Virus record (IMG/VR): IMGVR_UViG_3300025395_000007
Direction: 5' to 3' (one strand)
DNA: 64,000 nucleotides
Source of the DNA: a virus
Below the pieces are notes generated by a model, which ran no database searches, was not told the DNA's origin, and saw nothing but the letters and a program-made list of their open reading frames with translations. The first letter of the stretch is position 1, and every line of letters starts with the position of its first letter. Below are positions 44,499 to 55,092 of the stretch, in pieces. The position numbers and the translations under genes are program-made.

Positions 44499-45347
44499 AT
44501 GGGTTTGTTAGATAATTTTAATAAATTTTTAGAAAAAGCTCCATATGATGATGGAAGATCTTCGCCAGATTATCCATGGATTCATGGTATTGGCGGCTTG
44601 CTTGGTGATAGAAAAATAGTTCATGCTAACCCAGATAAACCTGATGAAGCATATCATGAAAAAATACATCATGATGGCACTTTTGAACATAAAGAAGCTA
44701 ATGGTTTATTGAGCAGAATTTCTAAAGAAGTAAGAGAATATGTTTCTGGTGGTCACAGCCATAATTCTGATAGCCATAAAGCAGATCATACACAGGGTAG
44801 TAAAAATACTGACGCTAAAGGTGATATGGGAACCGCTTCTGGTGGAGATCATTTTAAAGGGCATGGCGGTAAAGAAATAGGTGGTTCTTCAGAAGGTGGC
44901 CACAACCATACAGATGGTGATGATTTTCGTACTTCAAAAGGAAATGTAGTTAGTTCACACGAAGGGGATATGCATACAAATCATGATGGAGATCATGTTT
45001 CAACTGTAAATGGTACAAATTATCATACAACAGTTGGTGACCATGCACTTAATGTGCAAGGTGGTCAATTAGATGTGCAGGTGAATAGTGGTAATACTCG
45101 TATATATTCGGCTAAAAGTATTTTAATACAAAGTGGAACAGAAATAACTTTAAGAGTAGGTAATTCTACATTATACATTAATTCTTCTGCAATGAGTATT
45201 GATATTCCTGGAGTTATTGGTATCGGAGCAAATTCTAATATTGGTGTATTTTCTAATACTAAAATTGGTCTTTTTGCGAATACTTCAGGCTCTGGATATG
45301 TTAAAATTGTTGGCCCAACTGTTACTATTAACCCACCTGGAGGTTGA
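44499..45347 (+). CDS. gp5 C-terminal spike/beta-helix-like protein
   Basis: YPW.H...H.DGTFE followed by about 8-residue V.GD/GN-type repeats; upstream of PAAR. Confidence 0.7.
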   Translation: MGLLDNFNKFLEKAPYDDGRSSPDYPWIHGIGGLLGDRKIVHANPDKPDEAYHEKIHHDGTFEHKEANGLLSRISKEVREYVSGGHSHNSDSHKADHTQGSKNTDAKGDMGTASGGDHFKGHGGKEIGGSSEGGHNHTDGDDFRTSKGNVVSSHEGDMHTNHDGDHVSTVNGTNYHTTVGDHALNVQGGQLDVQVNSGNTRIYSAKSILIQSGTEITLRVGNSTLYINSSAMSIDIPGVIGIGANSNIGVFSNTKIGLFANTSGSGYVKIVGPTVTINPPGG

Positions 45348-45349
45348 TT

Positions 45350-45556
45350 ATGGATCATAAATTTGTAATTTTAAATAATGGAATATTAGAAACTTATACT
45401 AACTATGATGATATACCTTTGTCATTTGATCATGTGATTGAATTTAAACCATGGATTGATGAAGATCATGATCATGTTCATACAGATCATGATCATGAAG
45501 AATTAGCTCAATGGAATATTAAATTACAAGAACTTATGAAAAGGGAAACAAAATAA
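45350..45556 (+). CDS. Small His-rich protein preceding PAAR
   Basis: YDDIP..FDHVIEF.P...HT..DHEE...W..KLQELM.RE. Confidence 0.7.
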   Translation: MDHKFVILNNGILETYTNYDDIPLSFDHVIEFKPWIDEDHDHVHTDHDHEELAQWNIKLQELMKRETK

Positions 45557-45849
45557 TGCCAGCAGCAACTCGAGTAGATGATGCAGACGTAGCACATTGT
45601 TCTGGTATGAAAAGAGCAGTAGGTTCTCCTAATGTTTTTGTCAATGGTAAAGCGTGGTCTAGGCAGGGCGATGTTAATACATCACATTTAACTCCAACAG
45701 ATGATCCATGCCCTTCTCATACTGCTCCGATAACCAAAGGTTCTACTACAGTATTCATTAATGGATTAGGTGCTGGAAGAGTTGGTGATGCTTTAACAAA
45801 TTGTACATCAGTGGCGGTTGGTTCGCCAAACGTATTTGCAGGCGGATAA
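45556..45849 (+). CDS. PAAR spike-tip protein (gp5.4-like)
   Basis: MPAATRVDD, GSPNVFVNG, GS.TVFING..AGRVGD, GSPNVFAGG. Confidence 0.93.
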   Translation: MPAATRVDDADVAHCSGMKRAVGSPNVFVNGKAWSRQGDVNTSHLTPTDDPCPSHTAPITKGSTTVFINGLGAGRVGDALTNCTSVAVGSPNVFAGG

Positions 45850-45850
45850 A

Positions 45851-46276
45851 ATGGCAGTAACAAGAGCGGACGTAATATTAAACACCAGAGGCAAACAAGA
45901 GTTTTTCTCTGATTTCTTAGATAGTTTTGCAATGACTCCAGTTGGTAATCAACTTGGTAGAGTAGTAGATTCAGAATCTGTTAATCAATCTATAAAAAAT
46001 CTAATATTGACGAGTATGGGTGAAAGGTTATTTCAACCATTAATTGGCAGTAATATATACAATTCTTTATTTGAATTGAACAGCACGATAGAAGCTTCTA
46101 CTATTGAATTTTTAATTGAAACAACTATTAAGAATAACGAACCAAGAGCTTCGGTTAATAGTGTTACTGTAATATCAAATCCAGATAATTATACTTTATC
46201 TATCAATATCGTTTATAATCTCATAAATAGTACTGATCCTATAACACTTAATTTTACATTAAAAAGAGTCCGATAA
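45851..46276 (+). CDS. 25: Baseplate wedge subunit gp25
   Basis: SV.QSIKNLILT..GERLFQP.IGS, NEPR, L.RVR. Confidence 0.92.
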   Translation: MAVTRADVILNTRGKQEFFSDFLDSFAMTPVGNQLGRVVDSESVNQSIKNLILTSMGERLFQPLIGSNIYNSLFELNSTIEASTIEFLIETTIKNNEPRASVNSVTVISNPDNYTLSINIVYNLINSTDPITLNFTLKRVR

Positions 46277-48118
46277 ATGGCCAATAGTGCACTTCAGTTA
46301 ACTTCTTTAGATTTTGATACTCTTAAACAGAATTTAAAATCTTTTCTTTCTACACAGTCGATTTTTAAAGATTATAACTTTGAAGGCTCTAACATCAATA
46401 CACTTCTTGATGTTATGTCATATAACTCTTATTTGAATTCTTTCTATTTAAATATGATCGCATCGGAAATGTTTCTTGATTCTGCGCAGAATCTCGAATC
46501 TGTTGTTTCACACGCTAAAGAACTTAATTATCTTCCTCGTTCTTCAAAGTCATCAGAAGCTAATATATCTTTCCAAGTTATAACTTCACCTAATATAACT
46601 ACTCTTACTATCAAAAAGGGTACATTATTTGGTGGTACTAATGCTAATGGTGCATTTAATTTCGTAACAGATCACGATTATTCTTTCACATCTTCTGTTT
46701 CTAATTCATCATCAATAACATATACTGTTCCTAATATATCAGTTTATGAAGGTAAATATATTACAGATACATATGTTAACAATATCAATAATGAAGCTCA
46801 AAGATTTATTCTTACAAATCAAAATGTTGATATTAGCAGTATTGAAGTTATAGTTACTGAAAACAATGTAAATACTAACTTCTCAGTAGCTTCTACATTA
46901 TATAATCTTACTAGCACTTCAAATGTGTTTTTTTTACAGGCTGCTCAAAATAATCAATATGAGATTATTTTCGGCGATAATAATTTTGGTAGAATTCCAA
47001 ATAATTTAGCTGTGATAAACATTTCATATAGAGTAACAAAAGGCACAGATTCTGACGGTGTTGTTTCCTTTATCTGTAATCAAGATTTAGGTGTAATGAA
47101 TAATGGCAGCGCGAGCGTTCAAACGCCGATAACTGTTCTTGCAAATTCTTCGGGTGGCTCTAATGCAGAATCAATTGACTCTATTAAATTTTCAGCCCCA
47201 AGATATTTCGCAACTCAACAAAGAGCTGTTACATCTGATGATTATTCCTCATTGGTTCTTACTAATTATGGTAGTATAATTTCAGATGTTAATGTTTATG
47301 GTGGAGAAACTTTAGAACCAAAACAATATGGTAGAGTTATAGTTGCAATTAAACCTTCTGGTGGCACTGTTGCTCCAGATTATGTTAAAAATGAAATCTC
47401 TCAATTCTTAAAACCATTCATAGCATTACCAAATAGAGTTGTTATAACTGACCCTGATTATCTTTATTGTCAAGTTAATACAACGGTTCAATATAATAAA
47501 ACTATAACAACTAAAACTTCTAGTGAATTACAAACCGTTGTTTTAGCAGCAATTTCACAATATAGTGTAAATAATATCGAGGCATTTGGTTCTGATCTTC
47601 GTTATTCTAAATTTATTTCTACTATTGATAATAGTGATTTAAGTATTACCAGTAATGATACATCTATTAACATCATTAAAAGATTATCACCTGCATTAAA
47701 TTATCCAACATCATTTAGCTTTAGTTTTAATAATCCAGTTGAACAAGAAATGGCTTCTCCTGGATACGTAAAGGGTGGAGCTTTTTCTGACGAGCCTGTA
47801 ATAACTTCTTCTGCTTTTACATACGTAGATAGTTCTGGGGCGCAATGGCCATTATCATATATCAGAGATGACAACAATGGAAATTTAGTTGTATATTCAA
47901 CTGTAAATGGTGTATTTACTATTTTAAATTCTATGATTGGAACAATCGATTATAAGACAGGTAATGTTGTAATTACTAATCTTACAACCTCTTATTACAA
48001 TAATTATATCGCTCTTTATATGGTTCCTATGAATAAAGACATTGTTGTTAGTAGTAATAAAATACTTATAATTGATCCTAATGATGTAACAATCACCATG
48101 ATGCAAACAGTAGTATAA
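46277..48118 (+). CDS. 6: Baseplate wedge subunit gp6
   Basis: LDFD..K.NLK.FL, DYNFEGS, EMFLDSA, YEI.FGD, ESIDSIK..AP....Q.RAVT..DY. Confidence 0.95.
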   Translation: MANSALQLTSLDFDTLKQNLKSFLSTQSIFKDYNFEGSNINTLLDVMSYNSYLNSFYLNMIASEMFLDSAQNLESVVSHAKELNYLPRSSKSSEANISFQVITSPNITTLTIKKGTLFGGTNANGAFNFVTDHDYSFTSSVSNSSSITYTVPNISVYEGKYITDTYVNNINNEAQRFILTNQNVDISSIEVIVTENNVNTNFSVASTLYNLTSTSNVFFLQAAQNNQYEIIFGDNNFGRIPNNLAVINISYRVTKGTDSDGVVSFICNQDLGVMNNGSASVQTPITVLANSSGGSNAESIDSIKFSAPRYFATQQRAVTSDDYSSLVLTNYGSIISDVNVYGGETLEPKQYGRVIVAIKPSGGTVAPDYVKNEISQFLKPFIALPNRVVITDPDYLYCQVNTTVQYNKTITTKTSSELQTVVLAAISQYSVNNIEAFGSDLRYSKFISTIDNSDLSITSNDTSINIIKRLSPALNYPTSFSFSFNNPVEQEMASPGYVKGGAFSDEPVITSSAFTYVDSSGAQWPLSYIRDDNNGNLVVYSTVNGVFTILNSMIGTIDYKTGNVVITNLTTSYYNNYIALYMVPMNKDIVVSSNKILIIDPNDVTITMMQTVV

Positions 48119-48123
48119 TTCAA

Positions 48124-51100
48124 ATGCAATTTTCAATTGAAAAAAAGATATCGAATTTTATTGAAAACCAATTTCCTAGATTTTATCAGGAAGAAGGCGA
48201 TAACTTCATTTTATTTGCTAAAGCATATTATGAGTGGATGGAAAGTAATAATCCATTAGTTGATTCTTCTAATAATGTAATATTAAATTCAGATTATACT
48301 TCTTTAATGCCTCCAATTTATGGAGCTAGAAATCTTTTAGACTATAGAGATATCGATAATACATTAGATGCATTTCTTGATCATTTTCAAAAGAAATATC
48401 TTTATGGAATACCATTCGATGTAATTGTTAATAAAAGATATCTTCTTAAACATATTTTAGACGTTTATCGTTCTAAAGGTTCTATTCAGTGTTATAAGCT
48501 TTTATTTAAATTAATATATGGTCAAGATGTTGACGTATATCTTCCATCTGAAGATATGCTTAAGATTTCTGATGGTACATGGACTCAACCTAGATATCTT
48601 GAAGTCAATGATAACGGCTCTCTTAGTAGCTATGTTGGCCAAACAATTGTTGGTGTTACTTCTGGTACAACAGCAATTATTGAAGACCTTGTAAGAAATG
48701 CTATTAATAGAGGTATCACTTGCAACCTTGCTCTTTCTAATATTTCGCCTGTAGGTGGTTATTTCATTAAAGGCGAAAAGATTATTATTCAAAATCAGAA
48801 TACGCCTGAAGATATTGCAGCAGCTCCTGTTGTTTTAGGATCGCTTGATTATTTAAATATTATCAATGGTGGCCAAAATTATAATGTAGGCGATGTTCTT
48901 AAAATAGCACAGTATGACCCAACAACAAATAAAATTGTTTCTTCTGGAACTAATGGCCGTTTAAGAGTAACAAGTGTTTCAAGACAACAAGGTTCGATTG
49001 CGTTTAATATAATCAGCGGTGGGTTTGGTTATATTGCAAATGCTAATATTTTCTTTTATAAGGGTGATGGAGATACTACTGGTAATGGAGCTTCTTTTCA
49101 ATTAGGTTCATTATCTTATCTACAAAACATTAATTATAATACAGATTTAATTTGTGATTATCTTAGTAAAGCTATTAATTCTTCGACATATGCATTACCA
49201 GGAAATGCAGCTGCTAATTCAACAGCGCAAATTGTACCTTCTTTAAAATATACTACTTCAACGTTTGGTAGTATTGCTACTTTAGCAAATACTTCATCAG
49301 GTAACGGATATACACAAACACCGTATGTTTTTGTTAGATCAACTCAACTTTCAAAAACATTACCTGGAACTGTAAATATTTCTACATCTTCAAATACAAT
49401 TACTGGTACCAGTACTAAATTTAAAACATATTTTGCAAATGGTGATGTTATTGCATTACAAGCTAATAGTACTGTGATCGACTATCAAATCATTCGAACT
49501 GTTACTAGTGATACTAGTATTCTTCTTTATGGTCCTTCAAAATATTCTAATACAGTAGCTACTGTTAAAGCGGCTCCTGTAATTTTACCGTCTAATTTTT
49601 CTATCTATAGCCCATTAATGGCCCGTAGCGATAATACAATTGATGGTAAAAATGAAATTATTTCTGCTAATCCATCAGCTGGTAACAATATTGTTAAAAC
49701 TGTAACAGCTATTGGTTCAGGTAAAGGTTATATAGATAACGAACTTGTAAAAGCATATCGTTATAATGCATTGACTATACCAGTAATTGCCAATGGTGGT
49801 AATAATTATAGTAATAATGATAGCCTATCATTTTCATCTGTAGATAACATAACTGTAGGAAATGGTTATGTTACCACAAATGCAACTGGTGGCATCACAG
49901 CTGTGATTATGAACTCATTAGGTTCTGGATATATTCAGGCTCCAACTGTTACTGTTAATAGCAATAATCGTCTTATAGTTTCTAATGTTACAAATAATAG
50001 TACATCAACTGGATATTCGAATACAGATTATATTACATTTTCAAATAATTCATTAAACGCTCCATACATTACTGCAGCTGGCTCTCATTATAGTAATAAT
50101 GATAGTTTGACGATTTCGGGAACTGCATATGCAACACCTGCATCTGGTCATATTTTAACAAATAACACTGGTGGCGTAACATCTGTTATTTTAGATAACA
50201 TTGGTTCTGGATATTTGGTAGCCCCTAGTATTACTGTCAGCAGTAACACTCAACAATATATTTCAGCACTTGCTATTAATGGTAATACAGTAGGGTATTC
50301 GAATAGTGATTATATCACAATATCAAATACACAGAATCAATTTTATAGCGGCAATGCATCAATAACTACAGATTCAACTGGTAAAATTACAGCGGTTACT
50401 GTTTCTAATACTGGATTGTTTAAAAGTACACAGGCTAATAGTGGTCTTGTATTAACAGTAACTAATTTCTATGGTGGCGAATCATCTGGATTTGGTTTGG
50501 GGTATTCTTCATTTAAAGGTTATATTTCTGCCAATACACTTACAGTTGTAGATATGCAAACGGCTCTTGCCAGTTATTATAGCGATATTGTTATTGGACA
50601 AAGAGTTAGTGGACCAGGAGTAACCTCTAATACATCAATAACTGCTTTTGTTTCTGGTTCTGGTGGTGTTGGAACATATACTTTGAATAAATCACAGACA
50701 GTTGGATCTAGTGGTACACCAATTAATATGATTTCAACTAATCTTACTGCTGGATTATCAAATGCAACTGCGCCATCGGGCGCGAGTATTGGTGTTACTA
50801 TTTCTTCAAATAATCAATTCTATAGTGGTAATGCATCAATAACTACTGATTCAAGTGGTAAAATTACATCTGTTGCAGTTTCTAATACTGGATTGTTTAG
50901 TAATAATCAAAGTATTAGTGGATTAGCAGTAACTATTGCCAATTCAATTGGTGGATCTTCTGCTGGTTCTGGGGCTAATATTTCATTTTCCCTATCGAAT
51001 ACTGCTGGTGGTTCTGGCGCAATATTAACTACATTCGTTCAGGAATATGATACAACTAGCTCGATTCAAGGATTCGTTGTTAAAAATGGTGTTGGTAGAG

Positions 51101-51480
51101 ACGAAGGTAATTGGTCTTCGACTAATGGTTTCTTAAATTCAGATAAATACATTCAAGACAGTTATTTTTATCAAGATTATTCGTATCAAATTCGAGCTGC
51201 TATTACGCTCGATAAATACAAAGATATATTATATAACACATTTCACTCGGCTGGTTCTGAATTATTTGGTGATTTTTATCTCATAGATAATGAAAAATCT
51301 TTGGCTGTATTAGAATTTGAAACTTACAATGCTGTTATAGGTATTACTTCTGATAGCACTTACTATACTTCAGATATGACAGGGATTACCTCTGATATGT
51401 TTGTTAACTATGGATTGACTTCGGATATTTCAACTATTACTTCTGATAGTACTTTGTATACATCAGATAACACATGTTAA
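48124..51480 (+). CDS. 7: Baseplate wedge initiator (gp7-like) with repeated beta modules
   Basis: QFP.F..E...F..F.KAYYEWME, Y.SKGS..., IQDSYFYQDYSY, H.AG...FG; GSGY..AP repeats. Confidence 0.78.
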   Translation: MQFSIEKKISNFIENQFPRFYQEEGDNFILFAKAYYEWMESNNPLVDSSNNVILNSDYTSLMPPIYGARNLLDYRDIDNTLDAFLDHFQKKYLYGIPFDVIVNKRYLLKHILDVYRSKGSIQCYKLLFKLIYGQDVDVYLPSEDMLKISDGTWTQPRYLEVNDNGSLSSYVGQTIVGVTSGTTAIIEDLVRNAINRGITCNLALSNISPVGGYFIKGEKIIIQNQNTPEDIAAAPVVLGSLDYLNIINGGQNYNVGDVLKIAQYDPTTNKIVSSGTNGRLRVTSVSRQQGSIAFNIISGGFGYIANANIFFYKGDGDTTGNGASFQLGSLSYLQNINYNTDLICDYLSKAINSSTYALPGNAAANSTAQIVPSLKYTTSTFGSIATLANTSSGNGYTQTPYVFVRSTQLSKTLPGTVNISTSSNTITGTSTKFKTYFANGDVIALQANSTVIDYQIIRTVTSDTSILLYGPSKYSNTVATVKAAPVILPSNFSIYSPLMARSDNTIDGKNEIISANPSAGNNIVKTVTAIGSGKGYIDNELVKAYRYNALTIPVIANGGNNYSNNDSLSFSSVDNITVGNGYVTTNATGGITAVIMNSLGSGYIQAPTVTVNSNNRLIVSNVTNNSTSTGYSNTDYITFSNNSLNAPYITAAGSHYSNNDSLTISGTAYATPASGHILTNNTGGVTSVILDNIGSGYLVAPSITVSSNTQQYISALAINGNTVGYSNSDYITISNTQNQFYSGNASITTDSTGKITAVTVSNTGLFKSTQANSGLVLTVTNFYGGESSGFGLGYSSFKGYISANTLTVVDMQTALASYYSDIVIGQRVSGPGVTSNTSITAFVSGSGGVGTYTLNKSQTVGSSGTPINMISTNLTAGLSNATAPSGASIGVTISSNNQFYSGNASITTDSSGKITSVAVSNTGLFSNNQSISGLAVTIANSIGGSSAGSGANISFSLSNTAGGSGAILTTFVQEYDTTSSIQGFVVKNGVGRDEGNWSSTNGFLNSDKYIQDSYFYQDYSYQIRAAITLDKYKDILYNTFHSAGSELFGDFYLIDNEKSLAVLEFETYNAVIGITSDSTYYTSDMTGITSDMFVNYGLTSDISTITSDSTLYTSDNTC

Positions 51481-51500
51481 ACTAAGGATATAGGAAAAAG

Positions 51501-53543
51501 ATGGCTCAGGCAAATATTAGTATTGGAACAAATCCAAATGATGGTACAGGTACTCCACTTCGTACTGCAATGGGGTATATTCAAAATAACTTTACTGAAT
51601 TTTATTCAGTAATTACACCTACACCACTTGCTGGTAATAATGCCTCATTTGCTAATAATATTACAGTCGCTGCAAATGTTAATTCCAATAACCTTTTTGC
51701 CAATACTAAACTTCAAGTTGGATCTTCGTCAGGATATAATTTTGGATCTCTTGCTGTTATTGAAATTGACGCCAATCAAAATACTTATGTTCAAAGCGTT
51801 ATTCAAAATGCTAACTCTGGAACACAGGCTTCTGGTGATCTTATAATCACTGCTGATACTGGTAATGATTCATTTGGATATATCGATCTTGGTATTAATA
51901 GTTCTACATATTCTAATGCAAGTTATAATATCGGCGGCGCATTGGATGGTTATCTTTATTCATCAAATAGTAATTTACTTATTGGTACTGCTTCTGCAAA
52001 AGAAGTTGTGTTCCATGCTAATGGTACATTATCGACTAATAGAATTTTTACAATTAATGCAACTGCAGTAACTATCGCCAATGGCGCAGCATTGGTCGCC
52101 AATGGTTCTACTGGTACTGCTGGGTATTATCTTACTTCAAATGGCACTGGCGTTTATTGGTCTTCAGAAGCCTTCCTTGGTGCTAACCAAGCCGCGCAGT
52201 ATACTTGGTCAAACACCCAAACTTTTCAAAATACAATTACATTTAGTAGCATTCTTAATGCCAATACAATTAATGCTACTAATACATTCAATACTGCGTC
52301 AGGTTCTGGTGGAACTACTAGCGGTATTACCATTACGAATACAAATATTTCAATTGGTAATAGCTCAGTAAATACTTCTACTAACTCAACTCACTTCTTC
52401 TCTGGTAACTCAACTGTTTATGGGCTTGGTAATAATACATCAGAGGTTCTTGTAAATCCTACAGGTAATCTTTCCCTTACCGCTGTTTCGATAAATTTAG
52501 TTAATGCTTCAGCAAACGTGTTAGTTGCTAATCTTAGCGGTTTATATGTTAATGCGGCTGTTAATGCCACTTCTCATACCGCTGGTAGTAATGCTGTATT
52601 CAATAGCACAAACCTATTATATACTGGTAATACCACACTTCAACCAACTGTTACCTTGTCTAATACTGGAGCGTTCAGTATTGGTAATAGTAGCACTACT
52701 CAAACTACTTCAATTATTACAGTTGCTAACTCTGTGGGTAATATCGCCATTACTCCTATTTCTATTACATTAGCTAACACAACCCAGCCGTTCTTTGTTG
52801 CTAATAGTACAGCTGCAACTGCATATAATAAAGTGCAAATTGGTAACAATGCGTTAAATCCATACTCATATGGTACTGCAGCGGCTATTGAAATTGATTT
52901 GACTTCTAACGGATTCGTTCAGGTTGTTATTCAAAATGCTAACTCTCAGTTAAATGCCTCTTCTGACCTTGTTGCTGCAGCAGATAGCGGTAACGACGTA
53001 AGTAACTATGTGGATCTTGGTATTAATAGTTCTACATATTCTAATGCAAGTTATAATATCGGTGGTGCATTAGATGCATATCTTTACGCTTCTAACGGTG
53101 CATTAACTATTGGTACTGCTTCTGTCAAAGACGTCGTTATCCATGCTGGTGGTACAACGACTACTAATAGAATTCTTACTGTTAATACAAGCGGTGTTAC
53201 TGTAAATACTTCTTCTAACCTTACTGTTTTATCAAATACATTTAACCTTGGTACTTCAAACGTTTCTGGGCATACAACTTATGGTGCAGGTGGTTATACA
53301 TATCTACCAAACGGTTTGAAAATGATATTTGGAGCAATTACAACTGCTAACTCTACAGCTAACGTCATATCGTTTTCTGCACAAAGTGGTGTTTCATTTA
53401 CATCAAATTGTTACTCGCTAACGCTAACTTCAAACGCTGTGGCTTCTGTTGCAGCTGCATATACAGTTAATGCTACTAGCTTTACATTAATAACAAATAG
53501 TGCTACTTCATCGACTGTATCATTTATGGCGATTGGTATTTAA
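51501..53543 (+). CDS. Baseplate-attached fibre protein (gp9-like N-terminus, duplicated module, C-terminal GYTYLPNG domain)
   Basis: I.IGT.PNDGTG.PLR.A...I..NFTE.Y; internal duplication; LPNG-type C-terminal fibre domain. Confidence 0.72.
   Translation: MAQANISIGTNPNDGTGTPLRTAMGYIQNNFTEFYSVITPTPLAGNNASFANNITVAANVNSNNLFANTKLQVGSSSGYNFGSLAVIEIDANQNTYVQSVIQNANSGTQASGDLIITADTGNDSFGYIDLGINSSTYSNASYNIGGALDGYLYSSNSNLLIGTASAKEVVFHANGTLSTNRIFTINATAVTIANGAALVANGSTGTAGYYLTSNGTGVYWSSEAFLGANQAAQYTWSNTQTFQNTITFSSILNANTINATNTFNTASGSGGTTSGITITNTNISIGNSSVNTSTNSTHFFSGNSTVYGLGNNTSEVLVNPTGNLSLTAVSINLVNASANVLVANLSGLYVNAAVNATSHTAGSNAVFNSTNLLYTGNTTLQPTVTLSNTGAFSIGNSSTTQTTSIITVANSVGNIAITPISITLANTTQPFFVANSTAATAYNKVQIGNNALNPYSYGTAAAIEIDLTSNGFVQVVIQNANSQLNASSDLVAAADSGNDVSNYVDLGINSSTYSNASYNIGGALDAYLYASNGALTIGTASVKDVVIHAGGTTTTNRILTVNTSGVTVNTSSNLTVLSNTFNLGTSNVSGHTTYGAGGYTYLPNGLKMIFGAITTANSTANVISFSAQSGVSFTSNCYSLTLTSNAVASVAAAYTVNATSFTLITNSATSSTVSFMAIGI
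51885..53062 (+). repeat. Identical 50-bp direct repeat (51885-51934 and 53013-53062)
   Basis: GATCTTGGTATTAATAGTTCTACATATTCTAATGCAAGTTATAATATCGG in both copies. Confidence 0.9.
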
Positions 53544-53552
53544 GGAATAATA

Positions 53553-55079
53553 ATGGGTAATCTTTTACCGAATTTTACAAAAAATATTATCGAAGAGATA
53601 AACAATAGTATCTCTTCGAATACATCGCAATATTATGCATTTGCTTCATTTTCTGCCAATACACCATCTTTGACAGAAGATCAAATGTTTGTCAATGAAT
53701 GGCAATTAATATTTGGTAAACAATTAAATTCAGGTAATTTTCTTCCTGTTATATCAAATATAATTTGGACATCTAATACTGTATATTCAATATACGACAA
53801 TCATATTGATTTATCAAATACTAATTTTTATGCAGCCGCACAAACTGTAGGTTATTATCATATCTATAAATGTATGGATAATGCAAATGGAAGCCCATCA
53901 ATTTCTAATCCAAGCGCCATAGCTTTACCTACACAAACCTCTACTTTTCAAACAGCTGATAACTATAAGTGGAAATATATAACTTCCATTACCAATGCAG
54001 TTTATAATAGATTTGCAACTGATGTGCATATGCCGATCTATTCCAATGTTAGTGTGGTTTCTTCAGCTGCTGAAAATAGTGGCGTTGATAATATACTAAT
54101 TTCTAATGGCGGTTTCTATAATACGTACCACAATGGAATTGTACAGGGTGGCAATTCATCAATTATTCAGGTAGCTGCTAGTGCAAATACAACCCTTGGT
54201 TATTATAATAATAACTCTATCTATTTGTATAATTCAGGCTCACCTACTACATCCCAGTTATTTCAAATCGCTAATTACTTTTCCAACAGTTCTGGTAATT
54301 GGGTTGTACCTAATAGCAGTGTTAATTCTGCTTCTGTTACAGCTGGTGTTACAAGTTATAGTATCTCCCCTTCTATCATAATTCAAACAGATGGTACAAT
54401 TCAGCCTCTTGCTTATTCAGTAATTAATGCATCTTCTAATAGTATTTCTAATGCAATTATCATTAATAGTGGATCAAATATAACTTGGGCTAATGTTAGT
54501 GTTTTTGGTAATCCAAGTTATGGTGGTTCGGGTGCTAATCTTCAAGCTATTGTTCCTCCTCCAGGAGGTCATGGTTATGATCCTGTAACAGAATTATATG
54601 CTAAAGGTATAGGTGTATACTTTACATTCTCCAATACAGAATCAGCAACTATACCAACAAATGTTTTATATAATGGCGTAGGTATAGCTAAAAATCCATA
54701 TGGTATGAATACTTCTACAGGCGTAATATCTTCTGTTATAGATACAAATACTTTTAGTGCATATTTAAATGCTAGTTTTGTTACACCATTATCTTCAACA
54801 CTATATACAGTTGGTGATACTGTAACAGGTAATACTTCAGGTGCAGTGGGCACTGTTGTATTTTGTAACACATCGACAATTTATTTAACAGGCGATAAAT
54901 ATTTTGTAAATGGTGAATATATTGTTAACAGTGGGAAAACTTTAGTTGCACAAACTACCATAAATACATTAGGTAGTGTATATACTAAGAATTTTAAACC
55001 TTTCTATGTTCAATCAGTTAGCACAGTTTCGAGATCTAATACTCAAAATGAAGCATTTAAATTGATAATTCAAATTTAA
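53553..55079 (+). CDS. 8: Baseplate wedge subunit gp8-like
   Basis: WTS.TVY..YD, IYKC.DN, TAD.YKWKY, PP.GHG.D...EL, R...Q.E..KLII. Confidence 0.85.
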   Translation: MGNLLPNFTKNIIEEINNSISSNTSQYYAFASFSANTPSLTEDQMFVNEWQLIFGKQLNSGNFLPVISNIIWTSNTVYSIYDNHIDLSNTNFYAAAQTVGYYHIYKCMDNANGSPSISNPSAIALPTQTSTFQTADNYKWKYITSITNAVYNRFATDVHMPIYSNVSVVSSAAENSGVDNILISNGGFYNTYHNGIVQGGNSSIIQVAASANTTLGYYNNNSIYLYNSGSPTTSQLFQIANYFSNSSGNWVVPNSSVNSASVTAGVTSYSISPSIIIQTDGTIQPLAYSVINASSNSISNAIIINSGSNITWANVSVFGNPSYGGSGANLQAIVPPPGGHGYDPVTELYAKGIGVYFTFSNTESATIPTNVLYNGVGIAKNPYGMNTSTGVISSVIDTNTFSAYLNASFVTPLSSTLYTVGDTVTGNTSGAVGTVVFCNTSTIYLTGDKYFVNGEYIVNSGKTLVAQTTINTLGSVYTKNFKPFYVQSVSTVSRSNTQNEAFKLIIQI

Positions 55080-55092
55080 TTAGGGAAAAGAA

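Noticed and set aside
51885-53062. Diversity-generating retroelement TR/VR pair in the fibre gene
   Set aside because: The core is identical rather than A-specifically mutated, both copies are coding, and no reverse transcriptase is present in the window.
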